A stretch of 63,154 nucleotides of DNA, filler included, from Reticulomyxa filosa (Eukaryota; Protista; Foraminifera): NCBI GenBank assembly GCA_000512085.1. It is 20 parts of 20 records of this genome, joined end to end, with 100 filler letters (N's around TTAATTAATTAA, not from the genome) between each part and the next. Parts side by side here need not be neighbours in the genome. Positions count along the whole stretch, not along the records: positions 51,273 to 52,597 come from ASPP01035990.1; positions 52,698 to 54,705 come from ASPP01003215.1; positions 54,806 to 56,985 come from ASPP01001735.1; positions 57,086 to 61,838 come from ASPP01021670.1; positions 61,939 to 63,154 come from ASPP01037580.1; 15 more parts are not named here. One strand, written 5' to 3'. The notes beneath the pieces were generated by a model. It saw nothing but the letters and a program-made list of their open reading frames with translations, searched no databases and was not told the DNA's origin. A program made the translations under genes and the position numbers. Of the stretch, positions 52,351-63,154 are shown piece after piece. The first letter of the stretch is position 1. The number at the start of each line of letters is the position of its first letter.

Positions 52351-52697
52351 CTATGTCTTTTTTTTCAAAAAAAAAAAATCAAAATATTGAATTTTGTTCA
52401 TTTGTCATCAATATCCCTTCCATCTCAATAGCAGTTTACAAACAATAACAAACCTACACGTACAGTATGTACTGCCCGTCGGTCATTCAGGTATTTTTCC
52501 ATTTAACTCAATGATATACGTACTATCCTTCCGTATCTTTTCCAATGTATTACTTTGTCGTCTATTTTTCCACATTTCAAAGTTCAGCATTGCAAATNNN
52601 NNNNNNNNNNNNNNNNNNNNNNNNNNNNNNNNNNNNNNNNNTTAATTAATTAANNNNNNNNNNNNNNNNNNNNNNNNNNNNNNNNNNNNNNNNNNNN

Positions 52698-53342
52698 ATA
52701 TATATATATATATATATGTTCATGTACACATATATAACAACATTTGTTAGGAGGAGCTTTTTACTGAGCGAAAGAAAGAAGGAGAAAAAAAAAAAAAAAA
52801 AACATTTTGTTTTTTTTCTCATATAACAGCAATCAGATTGGTCAGTCTTGATTATTAAATCTCTGCTGTCTTGGTTTTCAATTTGGACAAACAGATAATT
52901 ATTGTTTGGGTCTTCTTTGGATAGACCGTGAACTATTATGTCGTGATGAGGAATGCTGAAAGAATTTGTGGAATGCTTGTCATTTGTGTCCTCTAAAAAA
53001 ACCAATCGTCTGGGTTTTTGTTTTTTTATTTTTTGTTTTTTGTTTTTTGTTTTTTGTCCTTTGTCCTTTGTTTTTGATTTTTTTTTTTTTTTTTCTCACT
53101 CACACAATTTTTGTCGCAATATCGCAACTCTCTACCCCTTAGAATAAATACCTATTAATTTACATATACACACATAATGTATACATGGACCAACTAAACG
53201 AGTTTGTGATGTACAGGAAACCTTTCGAAGCAATGTCACCAAATTCTACACTACAATTCAAACATTGTGTCAAGATTTCTTCTTCATCGTCTAACAAAAC
53301 TTTTGTTGGGTCGTTGGAATCACGCGAGGGATTACAAATCAT
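52698..53342 (-). CDS. CLNS1A: Methylosome subunit pICln (Lot5/Voldacs PH-like domain), 3' partial
   Basis: KGFLYITN|RLVFL..SFSIPHHDIIVHGLSKED..YLFVQI matches the ICln pattern GxLYIT..GFSLxYxxIxLHAxSRD. Confidence 0.7.
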
Positions 53343-53816
53343 TTCTTTGATTTGGTAAAATCTTGAACTTTTTCCATATGAAACCCCTTGAATCGTCTGA
53401 ACGCGTGTAAAAAGAAAAAAAGAGTTACAATTATTCGTTTATTGTAATCAATCTATATTTTGTTACATGTTGGAAATTGCTTGAAAAAGTAACCATTCGT
53501 ATTACATTTTGGCTCAACTTTTTTCGGCAGCTGTATTCCATCAAGGCTATGAACACTGTAATTTTTTGGATTTTTTTCAATCTTTGCAACTTTTATAAAT
53601 TGTTTTTAACAGACATTGCTTTTCTCCTAATAATGAGAAGTATGATTAATAGCTTTGCGATTAAATAATTGTATTGTAAGTGTTATCTGCTGTTCGTAAA
53701 AACAATTTTATGTAATAAATTAGTGTACCTCTTCAAAACTCGTAATTTTGTGTAATTTAAGGTTAGATTAGAGTTAACGCACAACCAGACTTTTTAAACA
53801 GTTACAAAAGAAAAAA

Positions 53817-54660
53817 TTATCCTTGGAACGTCGTTGCTTTTTCAACTTCTCTTTTGTCACCATCACTCCGTCGAGTTTCCAATTAGTAAAGTTAGGCAAT
53901 CTCTTTATTACCTGTTCATATTGCCAATGAAAAAATTAAAATAAAGTGCTCACCTAAAAAACTTGTAACACACTTCGACCTGGTATCTATATGCCTGGGT
54001 GTTTGGAGCTGTCAAGTATATGGGATTTCCCAGCAGCAATATGTCCTTTAAGTTGGTTAAATGTGCCTTTTGTTTCACACAATTAACATGCTTAAAGCAG
54101 CCGAAGCAAAAAAAAAAAAAAATTGAATTAACAATTCTATCTAATTCTTCAAAAAATTGAATTTTATTGTTGGACAAATACAGTACTCGCAATTTGGTTA
54201 GATTTTCTAATCCTTCAATTTTTCTATCAAATTATAAGATAGCCATAGCTCTTCTAAAGTCTCTGCAACGTCTTCAAATTTCTCCAATTTTTTAATATTG
54301 TTCCGGGACAATGAGAGAATTTTTAAATTTTCTGCAAAGCATTATATTTTTTGTCACTACAAATTATTACATAAAGCTTAAAAAATTTTAACTGCATCCT
54401 GGTAAAGGAGCTATTTTATCAATTTGATTTGTTGAAAGTGACAGCTGCCTGCGGTACATACAAAGTTTTTATAGTATAACTAGCTATCCTAGCCACTGGT
54501 CTAAAAACTTGTGGAAGAGTTTAAGCTCGCTTTTTTTAACAAAATATTCCTAAACTCGCATTCAGTCAATTGTCCCAATGTAACACTATCCATTTTATCA
54601 AGACTTGGTATTTGAGCATGCAATTTGATAATTTTTGCGATGGGGGGGTCTTGACCACTT
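53817..54660 (-). CDS. DNAL1: Axonemal outer-arm dynein light chain 1 (LRR), 5' partial
   Basis: [19 protein letters not shown]|[12 protein letters not shown]..|[44 protein letters not shown]..|VIKRLP..KLDG. Apparent 1-nt frameshifts near 54221 and 53850. Confidence 0.9.
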
Positions 54661-54805
54661 TTTTTTTTCTTTTTGTTTTTAAAAGTATTCACATTTGTTT
54701 AACAANNNNNNNNNNNNNNNNNNNNNNNNNNNNNNNNNNNNNNNNNNNNTTAATTAATTAANNNNNNNNNNNNNNNNNNNNNNNNNNNNNNNNNNNNNNN
54801 NNNNN

Positions 54806-54821
54806 TCTTTGCAACCTACTG
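54806..54821 (-). mobile_element. Terminus of the CAGTAGG repeat family at a contig start
   Basis: tctttgcaacctactg|ta is the exact reverse complement of ta|cagtaggttgcaaaga at 35335-35352. Confidence 0.65.
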
Positions 54822-56058
54822 TATTTAATGGAGTTTCATAATTGCTTTTCAAAATATATTTTCGCCTTTCTTTTATTATCCAATCGAATACAAAACAAGT
54901 CACTCGAAAATAATTTCTTTGATAACACATTGGAGTATTATTCTTGAGTAAATCTACGATTGTTCAAAAACTGAACTCAAATATATTGCGCATTCGTTTA
55001 ATATAGCGATGCTTTCCAAAGTGGAGCCATCAATGTTCTGTCGATATTCAATTCTCTCAAGGTCTTCCAAATATCGGAGGATTGTTCAGTGCCGTCTTCT
55101 TGCTTACCATTATTATTATTGTTATTCTATCTTGGACTTTTTTGATCTGTTGTTTTAGTTATTTTCTTTCATTCTTCTGTACTGCTTTCAAGGCAAGAAA
55201 AAAACAACTAGCTCTCATTAAAGATGCATCCATATGCATTTAATATCCTTAATATCGTACAACTTTCAGTGCTACTGATTTGATTGGAATGAAAATGAAC
55301 ATGATACAAATACTCCAGTTTATTGATTTTTACAGGTGATGTGTTGATTATTTATCTAGGTTTGATAAATCTAAAGTGCTATGTTGAATCAGCTAAACTT
55401 AATTTAAATTTTATTTAAAAACTAATCTTCTTTTGAACAATTTATTGCCATGTAAATCCTTTTGTTTTTTCAAAAGCTCGTATAACATCCCTTCTTGAAA
55501 ACTTCGCAAAAATTCAGCAATGTTGACAACATGGGCAATCGAACTGCCCCCTAAAAAACAAGCTGAGCAGACTAAACAAAGTCAACGTCTGATTACTTCA
55601 ACTTCGTTTCAAAGTTTACTCCACTGACCCTCAACGTGTGCTATGGATTGATGATTTTGATAAAATGAGGTTTAATATGTGGAGCGAAATAATTAAATAT
55701 TTATAAATCATGTCCTCTTAAAATATAGTTTATTTTTAATTTTTTATTCTTATCATTGTTAATGAGTTTGGAATGACATTTGTATTTGGTCATGTTCGTT
55801 CCTGTGAGTTTTTTTATTAAAAAAAATTCTCTTTTCAAATTTTTATCTAAGTCTTTAATTGGCAAGATCAAGAATTAATCTTTTCTTGATTCCTTCAACC
55901 ATGACATTTCCATTCAAGAAACAACCAAGTCATGACATTTTTTTCCTCTTCTCTTCAAAAAAAACATCACTAAATAATAATAATAAAAAGGTAGCATTAT
56001 CGATTCACAAAGTATATACAGGTGGAAATTTCTTGTAAATTCTGAACAATTACTCGAG

Positions 56059-56985
56059 ATGACTTATGAAAGTACACGCATACTCGCACATAATAGTGCA
56101 AATCCACTCTTCCTCTTCAAAGGATTCTCTATTAAACTTGCAGGAGGCATGCAAGATGAATCAAAGACAGTAAAATATGAAGCAGAAATGAAGGCATTGA
56201 TAAAATTGTACGGTGACGTGGTAAAAGAAGATGCATTGAAGAAAAAGCTTGAACAAAGCAATGGAAACGTGTCAGTTGTGATTGAACAGATCACAGCCTC
56301 ATTGTTGAATCAGAATGTAATTTATACTTTTACAAAACAATAAAAAAATACAATATACTTTTGCATCGCAAAACAAAATAATAATAGACTGCTGTTCAAG
56401 TAACTGAAGAGAAAAAAACTGAACAAGTTAAGATTATTGGTATTCTGTTTTTCTTATCTTACATTCTTTTTTTTTGACATTTGCACATTTTTTTTTTTGT
56501 TGGCTGTGGGATAAAAAAGGTAACAAATAACAATGATGGAGTAGAGCCAGATAAATTGAAGAAAGAAGAAGAAAAGGTAGAAATTGGAGAAACTAAACCT
56601 GGAATTAATTTGCAAGGTTACTGCACAAATATAGATTGCTTGGCTTCGAAAGCAAAGTTACCAGTATGGGTGAATATTGGATTTAGTGATATTTCATTCG
56701 ACTCAGAAAAGACATCATATGGTTGCCCAGACTGTGGACAATTTACTGTTACATCCATTATAAAGGCAATGATCTTTAATTCAGAGCATGCCATCAGTTC
56801 AAATGATAACCCAGTTCCTGTGAAAGATAATCATTACCAATGCTTTTATACAATCAAATTAGGATCATCTTATGAAATAAAGGCCAAAAAAATAAGACAA
56901 CATGCAACGAGTTTGGAAGATTTAATTAACCGAAGTGAAAATGCAATGATAAGTGGTGAGATAATCAATTTGGTGTCTGAACTAC
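56059..56985 (+). CDS. UBA/CUE-like plus Cys4 zinc-ribbon protein, N-terminal part
   Basis: [33 protein letters not shown] (CUE/UBA-like), then [28 protein letters not shown]; GT-AG introns. Confidence 0.6.
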
Positions 56986-57099
56986 NNNNNNNNNNNNNNN
57001 NNNNNNNNNNNNNNNNNNNNNNNNNNNNNTTAATTAATTAANNNNNNNNNNNNNNNNNNNNNNNNNNNNNNNNNNNNNNNNNNNNATTAGTAGATTTCT

Positions 57100-60000
57100 T
57101 GAGCATATCAAATCTCACAAAGTTAATGCAATTGTGAAATGTGTTGCATGTCCATATCTTTTGTTGTTTTGTTAATACCCAGTATCTCTTCATCAAGGAT
57201 TGAAGCTCCATTTCTATTTTGACCTTTGCAGAAGTGTCAATGTTTCAACCAACAAGTTGTTTCAATTCGACCCAATGGATGGACTCTTCTGGCATTTGAG
57301 TGACTACAAACACACAGGGACATCACTGGAAAAGGTGTAGCTTGACGACGAAGAAACAGAAGGAGAGGTATCCAAGGCTCGATCGGAAGGAAGGGGATTT
57401 GTATTAACAGATGATTGTGGCCTCAAGACAATCATGAATAAGGGCTTCATTGTTTGCAATGGCATTGGAAAGGGATGGAGGATACTCATGTAAAAAGTGA
57501 TCTGTTTGTGATATGTTAGCAGACGCATCATTGGAGTCATTAGCAGATCGATACAAATAACTCACGTTATTGACATCAATTTTTTCAACGATCGGCAATT
57601 TGTCAGTATGTTTGATTTTTTTTTTGGACGTTGCAGGATTTACTTCTGTTTCTTCCAAGACAATGTAACAGTCGTCCAAACTCAAGCGCATGCGCGTTGT
57701 CTGCTTGTCCAATTCAATAATATCAGGTCTCGACAACGTATTTTTTGTTGTTTTTTTTTTTAAACGAGCATACAAGACCCATGCAAGGTGATAAAGTCAC
57801 TGTTGACCAGTACCGCAATTCTTTCGTAATCTGTCATTTTGTATTTGACAGCAACTTTCAGACAATTGTTGGCAACGTGTCTTTGAAATTGATTTCATTC
57901 TTGGACAAGCTCGCCATTATTCGAGCTTTGTATTTGCTTATTTTGTTATCAATATCTGCATGTATTCATATTCACTGGGAAAATGGTCCATCTCTTCAAA
58001 TCAATACAACAAATCCTGAAGCCAAGCATTTGCCAAAATGCTCAAAATCCATACAACATTGGTTGTCTGATTGCCATCCAACATTTTGTATTTGGCCAAT
58101 ATATGCCAATAGCAGTCCAATTGACCCAATTCCAAGCAAAAAATCACAGGGCTGACTATAGATTTGTCATTCGATACAAAAGAGTGAGTATCTTGCCAAC
58201 TTCGTTTGATTTGTGTTTCAGCAGAACATGCAGTAATTCTTTTCCTTTTGATCGACTGAATTGAAAAGCATAAATACTCCCCACCATGATTGGATCGATC
58301 ATGAAACATTTACTGTTCCAAATTACTCGTCAATGTCAATCTTGGCCCAAACTTCGTTCGCTCTGCCAATCATCGTGCTGATCACTCCATCTTCGGACTT
58401 GGGTTTCGACTCCATTTCCAACTTTGATTCATACTCGGACCACATATCCAAAGACTCTTTTTTGGATGGGACGCCTTGTTTGTATTGGCGTTTACTTTAT
58501 CCTTTGGCAAAGTCGCGGATAGCATGAGTAAATACGACCCAATGCTGTTTTATCTTTGTCCCTGTGATGTCCCCCTGGGTTGATAAATGCTAAGTCTTTG
58601 ATGAATCTTCAACCACGCAATGTACTTCATTATTTGACCATAGCTGCATACCAGACCATAATCTTTTAACAGCGCATACATATTGTTATTATCCATGTAT
58701 GGAAATAAATCATTCAACAAGTACCAAGTTTTGTGTAATAGCATTTGCACTTCGTTGCCATTGGGATTGGGACTGCTCTTTTTCATCGCGTCCACGACTC
58801 CGACGTATTTTTACAGAGTCGCGATGATGGCCGCCCAAGACATGACTCTCCCAATAGTTGTGTAACACAATAGGTATTGATTCACAAGATGCGCAAGACG
58901 GCCGCACATAACTTGATTATCTGCAGTGCTCTGTCTATGTTGTTTGTATTGTTTGTTCGTGTTATCTTTGTCTTGTTCGCAGTATGAGGTGATGAGTTTG
59001 TACAATGTCCGTCCTTTCCGTCTTCTTCTTTCTGATTTTCTTCAATGTCAAAACATTCACAGTAACAAAAGAGATGAATCAGGGCTCTCTATTGTGATGA
59101 AGTTTGTTTTGTTACCTTTTTTTTTGATTGCTTTTCTTCAACAACATTGCTGGGGGCCTGGCTGCTGTTATTCGGCTATGGTAAATGTTTGGCTGGATGA
59201 GATGTGTTATTGTTGCTTGAGTTGTTTCCGTCACCTTGTTCAATTGTTCGATTGGAATTGGGAGTGATAGATGATGGCCCTTTGGTGGTAGTGTCAGTAC
59301 TGAATCTTTTTTTTTTCCTGATGCTTTCGCAGTTGCACTTTCAGTTCATCCCTGTTCATGTGGCGATACCCATAATTCCTTGTTTCGCTTTGGCCCCAGT
59401 CATTCAACAACTTTTTCGCACGGGTGTTGTTTACCCTCCCAATATCGCTGTGGTTGGAAGATTGCTCAACACTGGGCAGTAGACGGCTCATTAGGACGAC
59501 TGTTTGACCAATACTTTTTGTAGATATGAAGTCATTGTTTTGTGGTGTTGTAGCTGCAGGCACAGTGTCGCCAGGCGGATGCTCCCCACTTTTGTGATTC
59601 CGTGGATTTGGTTAAAAAAATATCTTATTTTTACGAGCTTTTTTAGGCCCAAAAGAAATACTCGAAGTAGCGCTTTTTATTTTTACTACTGGCTTGACTA
59701 TTTTCTTGATACTCACTTTCATATATTCTGTTGCTTGCTTTTGCTCGGTGCCAGGAGCATTAGTATATGGGGTCAGACGTCCAAAAATGGAATACGGCAA
59801 AGTTACAAACAGCTTTCACCGCCAATCGCATCAATAAAATATTTATCTTGATATTTTTTTTTTTTGACTAATGGCCTTTACTATTTGTACTTGTGATGGC
59901 AAATGATCAGGTTTGGCTTTAATTATTATGAATTATGTTTGAAGCATGTATTTTTTGATACGATTTGCTCGATCGAAAAATCAAGATATGAGTATATTGC

Positions 60001-61500
60001 TAACCAGACGCAGGTAATCGTCTCAAGTAGCAGAATTCGCACCATGAGTAGCGACAACTAATATTTCACGACAATTCGGAATGCGCTTTTCAGCGTCAAA
60101 TAGAGTGATTGCTCCATTGATTTTTTAAAATTCACTGATTACCATGGCCATGCCCAATTCGCTTACTTTGGGTAATTCCACAAATGCGCCATAAAATTTC
60201 TTGAATGAAGGAAATTTGTAATCTTCCACCGGGCAATGTTTCCAAATCTGTCAAATACAAGTTGTGTTAAAAAAGCAATTGAAACGCTTCAAAAAAAGGA
60301 ATAAAAAAAAATGAAAAAAAAATAACAAACATGTCATTAATATCTTGGAGGACAGAATTGACCAAAATATTGCAAAAGTGCTTATCTCCAAAATCAGGTG
60401 TTGCTCCGCCAAATTTGTGCTTGAAATCGACTTTTTGCAATTCAAATGTCTGATCATTGTACTTTGGAACTTATACTAATTATTTTATTTTTATGATTTT
60501 TTTTCCAAACAAAACAGATATATTAAAATTAAGTGTGCATGCAGATATAAAATGGTATGCTCTATAGTTTTTGTGTTTGTAGTCTAGAATGAAAACTCGC
60601 ACCATTTATAGGTTGATGCAATAACAAATCGATCTTTTTCCCAATCAGATACTTGGCATGAAGTGCAGTGGATAATACGAAGTTGATCATTGGCAATACG
60701 TTGCAACTGCTCTCACATCGAAGGTAACATCGGCTTGCCGAATTTCAATATTTCACGGGCTTGCAAGTTTTCATGTGCTCGCACTTTCAAATCTTTCAAT
60801 GTTTGCTCCATTGTTTGCAAGAAATTGAATGTTTTTGATGGACAGCTCTTGCAGTGATGGCAATAATTCTGTTTTCACAACCATATCGTTCGTTTGCTTT
60901 ATTCTTGTTTTTTTTTACTGCTTTTGTGACAAATGTACATATACATATATCAAACACACAACACACACAAACGTGTTGGTATTTGTCTACAATATGATCA
61001 AAGATACTATCCAATTGTCCACGTTGTTTAATCCGTGCGCCAGATTCGTGAAAAGTATCATTTGCTGCGGATTCAGTTAGCCTTTTTTTTCTGACAAACA
61101 AATCAGCAGAGTTCTCATGCATAGTTCATATCCATATCTACGTCATTGATTTTCTCTTTAAATAAAAAAAAATATATACATTTATATGTTCATATATAAG
61201 ATAAGATACTTGCGACACTAAGAAATGTACATAATCATGGGAGAAGACAAAGGATTGTCAGTGAATAAAATGGCAGATGATGTCTTGCACTGTGCTTCAT
61301 TCAAGGACAACAAATGCATGCAAATGGATTTTGCGATTTCTTCTTCCAGCTCTTCGGGCTTGAGTTGTTGAGTTGGATCTTCGATGTTGAAATGATCAGC
61401 GATACTGTCCCACTTAACGCCGGTAAAGTAATCATCATGTAAGGCAGCATTTGCTTCAATATTTTTGTGTCTTCTTATTCGATTGTGATTCTACCACTTT
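57100..61500 (-). pseudogene. Large disrupted multi-exon coding region or regions, family unidentified
   Basis: GC-richer blocks with coding-like minus-strand translations separated by intron-like AT tracts; numerous stops and frameshifts; no motif recognised. Confidence 0.4.
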
Positions 61501-61938
61501 CACCAAGTTCTTGTAAAACAACAAACAACAAATTAATTCAAATTGTTTAGAAACAAAGATAAAAATAATCAGTGTCTTTTAACTGCAATCTCTTTTCAAA
61601 TCCATTGGAATCAACGAAACCAATCTTTCCTGACAATCTTGCTTGCAAATAAGTCAATCGGCAGCACTTTATCTATTTTTTATTTCATATGTCTTTAATT
61701 TGATTTTTTAAAACACAAATAAAGAAAAAAAATTCTTAACTAGCATTGATATCCCGCACAGGATAATCATTTCTTCAAATATTAAAAAATTAAAATTAAA
61801 ATTAAAATAATAATTTATTATTCTTTTCTTTTTTTTTTNNNNNNNNNNNNNNNNNNNNNNNNNNNNNNNNNNNNNNNNNNNNTTAATTAATTAANNNNNN
61901 NNNNNNNNNNNNNNNNNNNNNNNNNNNNNNNNNNNNNN

Positions 61939-62549
61939 CTCAAACGTATTGAACATTATTCGGTCCACTTGCAGGCCCTTTTTTTTGAAATACGTGTTTA
62001 CACAAAATTCAATGTTTTCATCTCCCACCAAACTATTCCCAAAAAGTCCATCCATATTTCGACCCAGGCAAATAAACGAGTCGTCCGACAACAAACTCAT
62101 TATCACATTTTCTGTCACGTGCAACTGCTTGCACTTCACATTTGCGTCTGTTAGATTCCAGCCGAACAGTCCTAACACTAACAATGAACTTGTCAATCGT
62201 TTTAGCTCTATTAGGCTGTCCATTTTCTTGGGTATACTGCTAATCTTTCCTACCAAGTATACGTGATCTAGCTCAAACATTATTATCTTCTTGTTTTGTT
62301 AAATTTTTTTTGTTAGTAGTTTCAGAGCCACACGCAAAACCTTTCAGCTTTTTTTTTTTTTTCCAGCTTCTTTGAAAGAAGAAGATAACAGTTTCAGTAA
62401 TCCAATCTATTATTACTTTTTCATTGCGACGGTACCAAGCAAGTTTATTCTGAAAGAGGAGACCAAAATGTGTGACGTTGAGATATCCTTTTAAGCTTGT
62501 ATTGTTTGCTGTTTTGTGAGCACCCAACAACGTTCAAAAAGGGGGACAT
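61939..62549 (-). CDS. Hypothetical protein, N-terminal part, with apparent homopolymer frameshifts
   Basis: Abutting ORFs 62273-62530 and 61939-62280; candidate ATG at 62549. Confidence 0.4.
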
Positions 62550-62613
62550 ATATTGTTTAAATTTTTTTTTTTAATAAAAGTAATTTTGATATTGTGTAAT
62601 TTAAAAAATCCAA

Positions 62614-63154
62614 ATGGAAGAAAATAACCAAAATGAGGGCTTCAAAACGTTTGGTTTGGATCGTAGGGTGTTGCAAGCGTTGAGAAAAAAGGGGTTGGTA
62701 ACCCCGACGGTAGTGCAAAAGAAGGCAGTGCCAGCAGCATTGGAGAAAAAGGACATATTGTTGAGAGCAAAAACAGGTTCTGGGAAGACCTTGGCATTTG
62801 TATTACCAATGATTGAGAACGCATTGCGAAGTCTGGAAATGGAGCAAAACAATAGTGGGAAGCTAAGTTATGAGAATGGAGTAATGAAGCGAAGCAGAAT
62901 AAAATCGATAATATTAGTACCAACGCGAGAGTTGGTGAATCAAGTGGCTGAAGTTGTGAATGACGTGATATATTTTTGCAACGACATATTATCATGTTAT
63001 TCTTTGATCGGAATTGGTAACAAAGGCTTGGATATGGAAAAGCATCGATTGCTGGAGCAGCCACAAATCATTGTATGCACCCCTGCAAGGTTATTTTTTT
63101 ATTTTTTATTTTTTTTTTATTTTTAGACACAGACATCAATGTGTACAAAATCAA
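62614..63154 (+). CDS. DDX56: DEAD-box RNA helicase, DDX56/Dbp9-like, N-terminal part
   Basis: Q motif FKTFGLDRRVLQAL..PTVVQ, KDILLRAKTGSGKT (motif I with Dbp9-type xRAKT), PTREL and TPARL. Confidence 0.8.

Noticed and set aside
54900-55680. Possible degraded gene relic on the minus strand
   Set aside because: Too decayed to support any family assignment.

Overview
This window is not a continuous locus. It is about 20 short contigs of an AT-rich, intron-rich eukaryotic (protist) draft genome, joined by 19 artificial 100-nt spacers (N44-TTAATTAATTAA-N44), so synteny only means anything within a contig. Composition, intron style and the expanded gene families resemble the foraminiferan Reticulomyxa filosa (Rhizaria); this is pattern recognition, not a database result. 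Recognisable genes, many partial: a G-protein gamma subunit head-to-head with a 7-exon Rac GTPase, a Man1/Src1 nuclear-membrane protein, a PPR protein, a PPPDE-like peptidase, two pieces of multipass TM-RGS proteins, a RING/TRAF-zinc-finger/coiled-coil/7xWD40 protein, a glomulin/ALF4/Ybp1-like protein, an atypical HLDLSLEN kinase, PAF-acetylhydrolase, importin-7/8, an ABCC transporter, pICln, axonemal dynein light chain 1 and DDX56/Dbp9. There are many relics (WD40, RING/TRAF, PPR, TLDc, CAP-Gly, LINE, possible SWIM/MULE) and a dispersed TA|CAGTAGGTTGCAAA Tc1/mariner-like terminus family. Most interesting signals: (1) a birth-and-death RING-WD40 family that varies at propeller top-face positions, a candidate protist innate-immune or ubiquitin receptor repertoire; (2) a two-copy structured GC-rich element with an apparent compensatory pseudoknot; (3) parts of a plant-like receptor-RGS G-protein system; (4) RIP-like C>T/G>A decay of duplicated genes. 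Single-base homopolymer frameshifts in conserved genes suggest sequencing errors, so some pseudogene calls are tentative.
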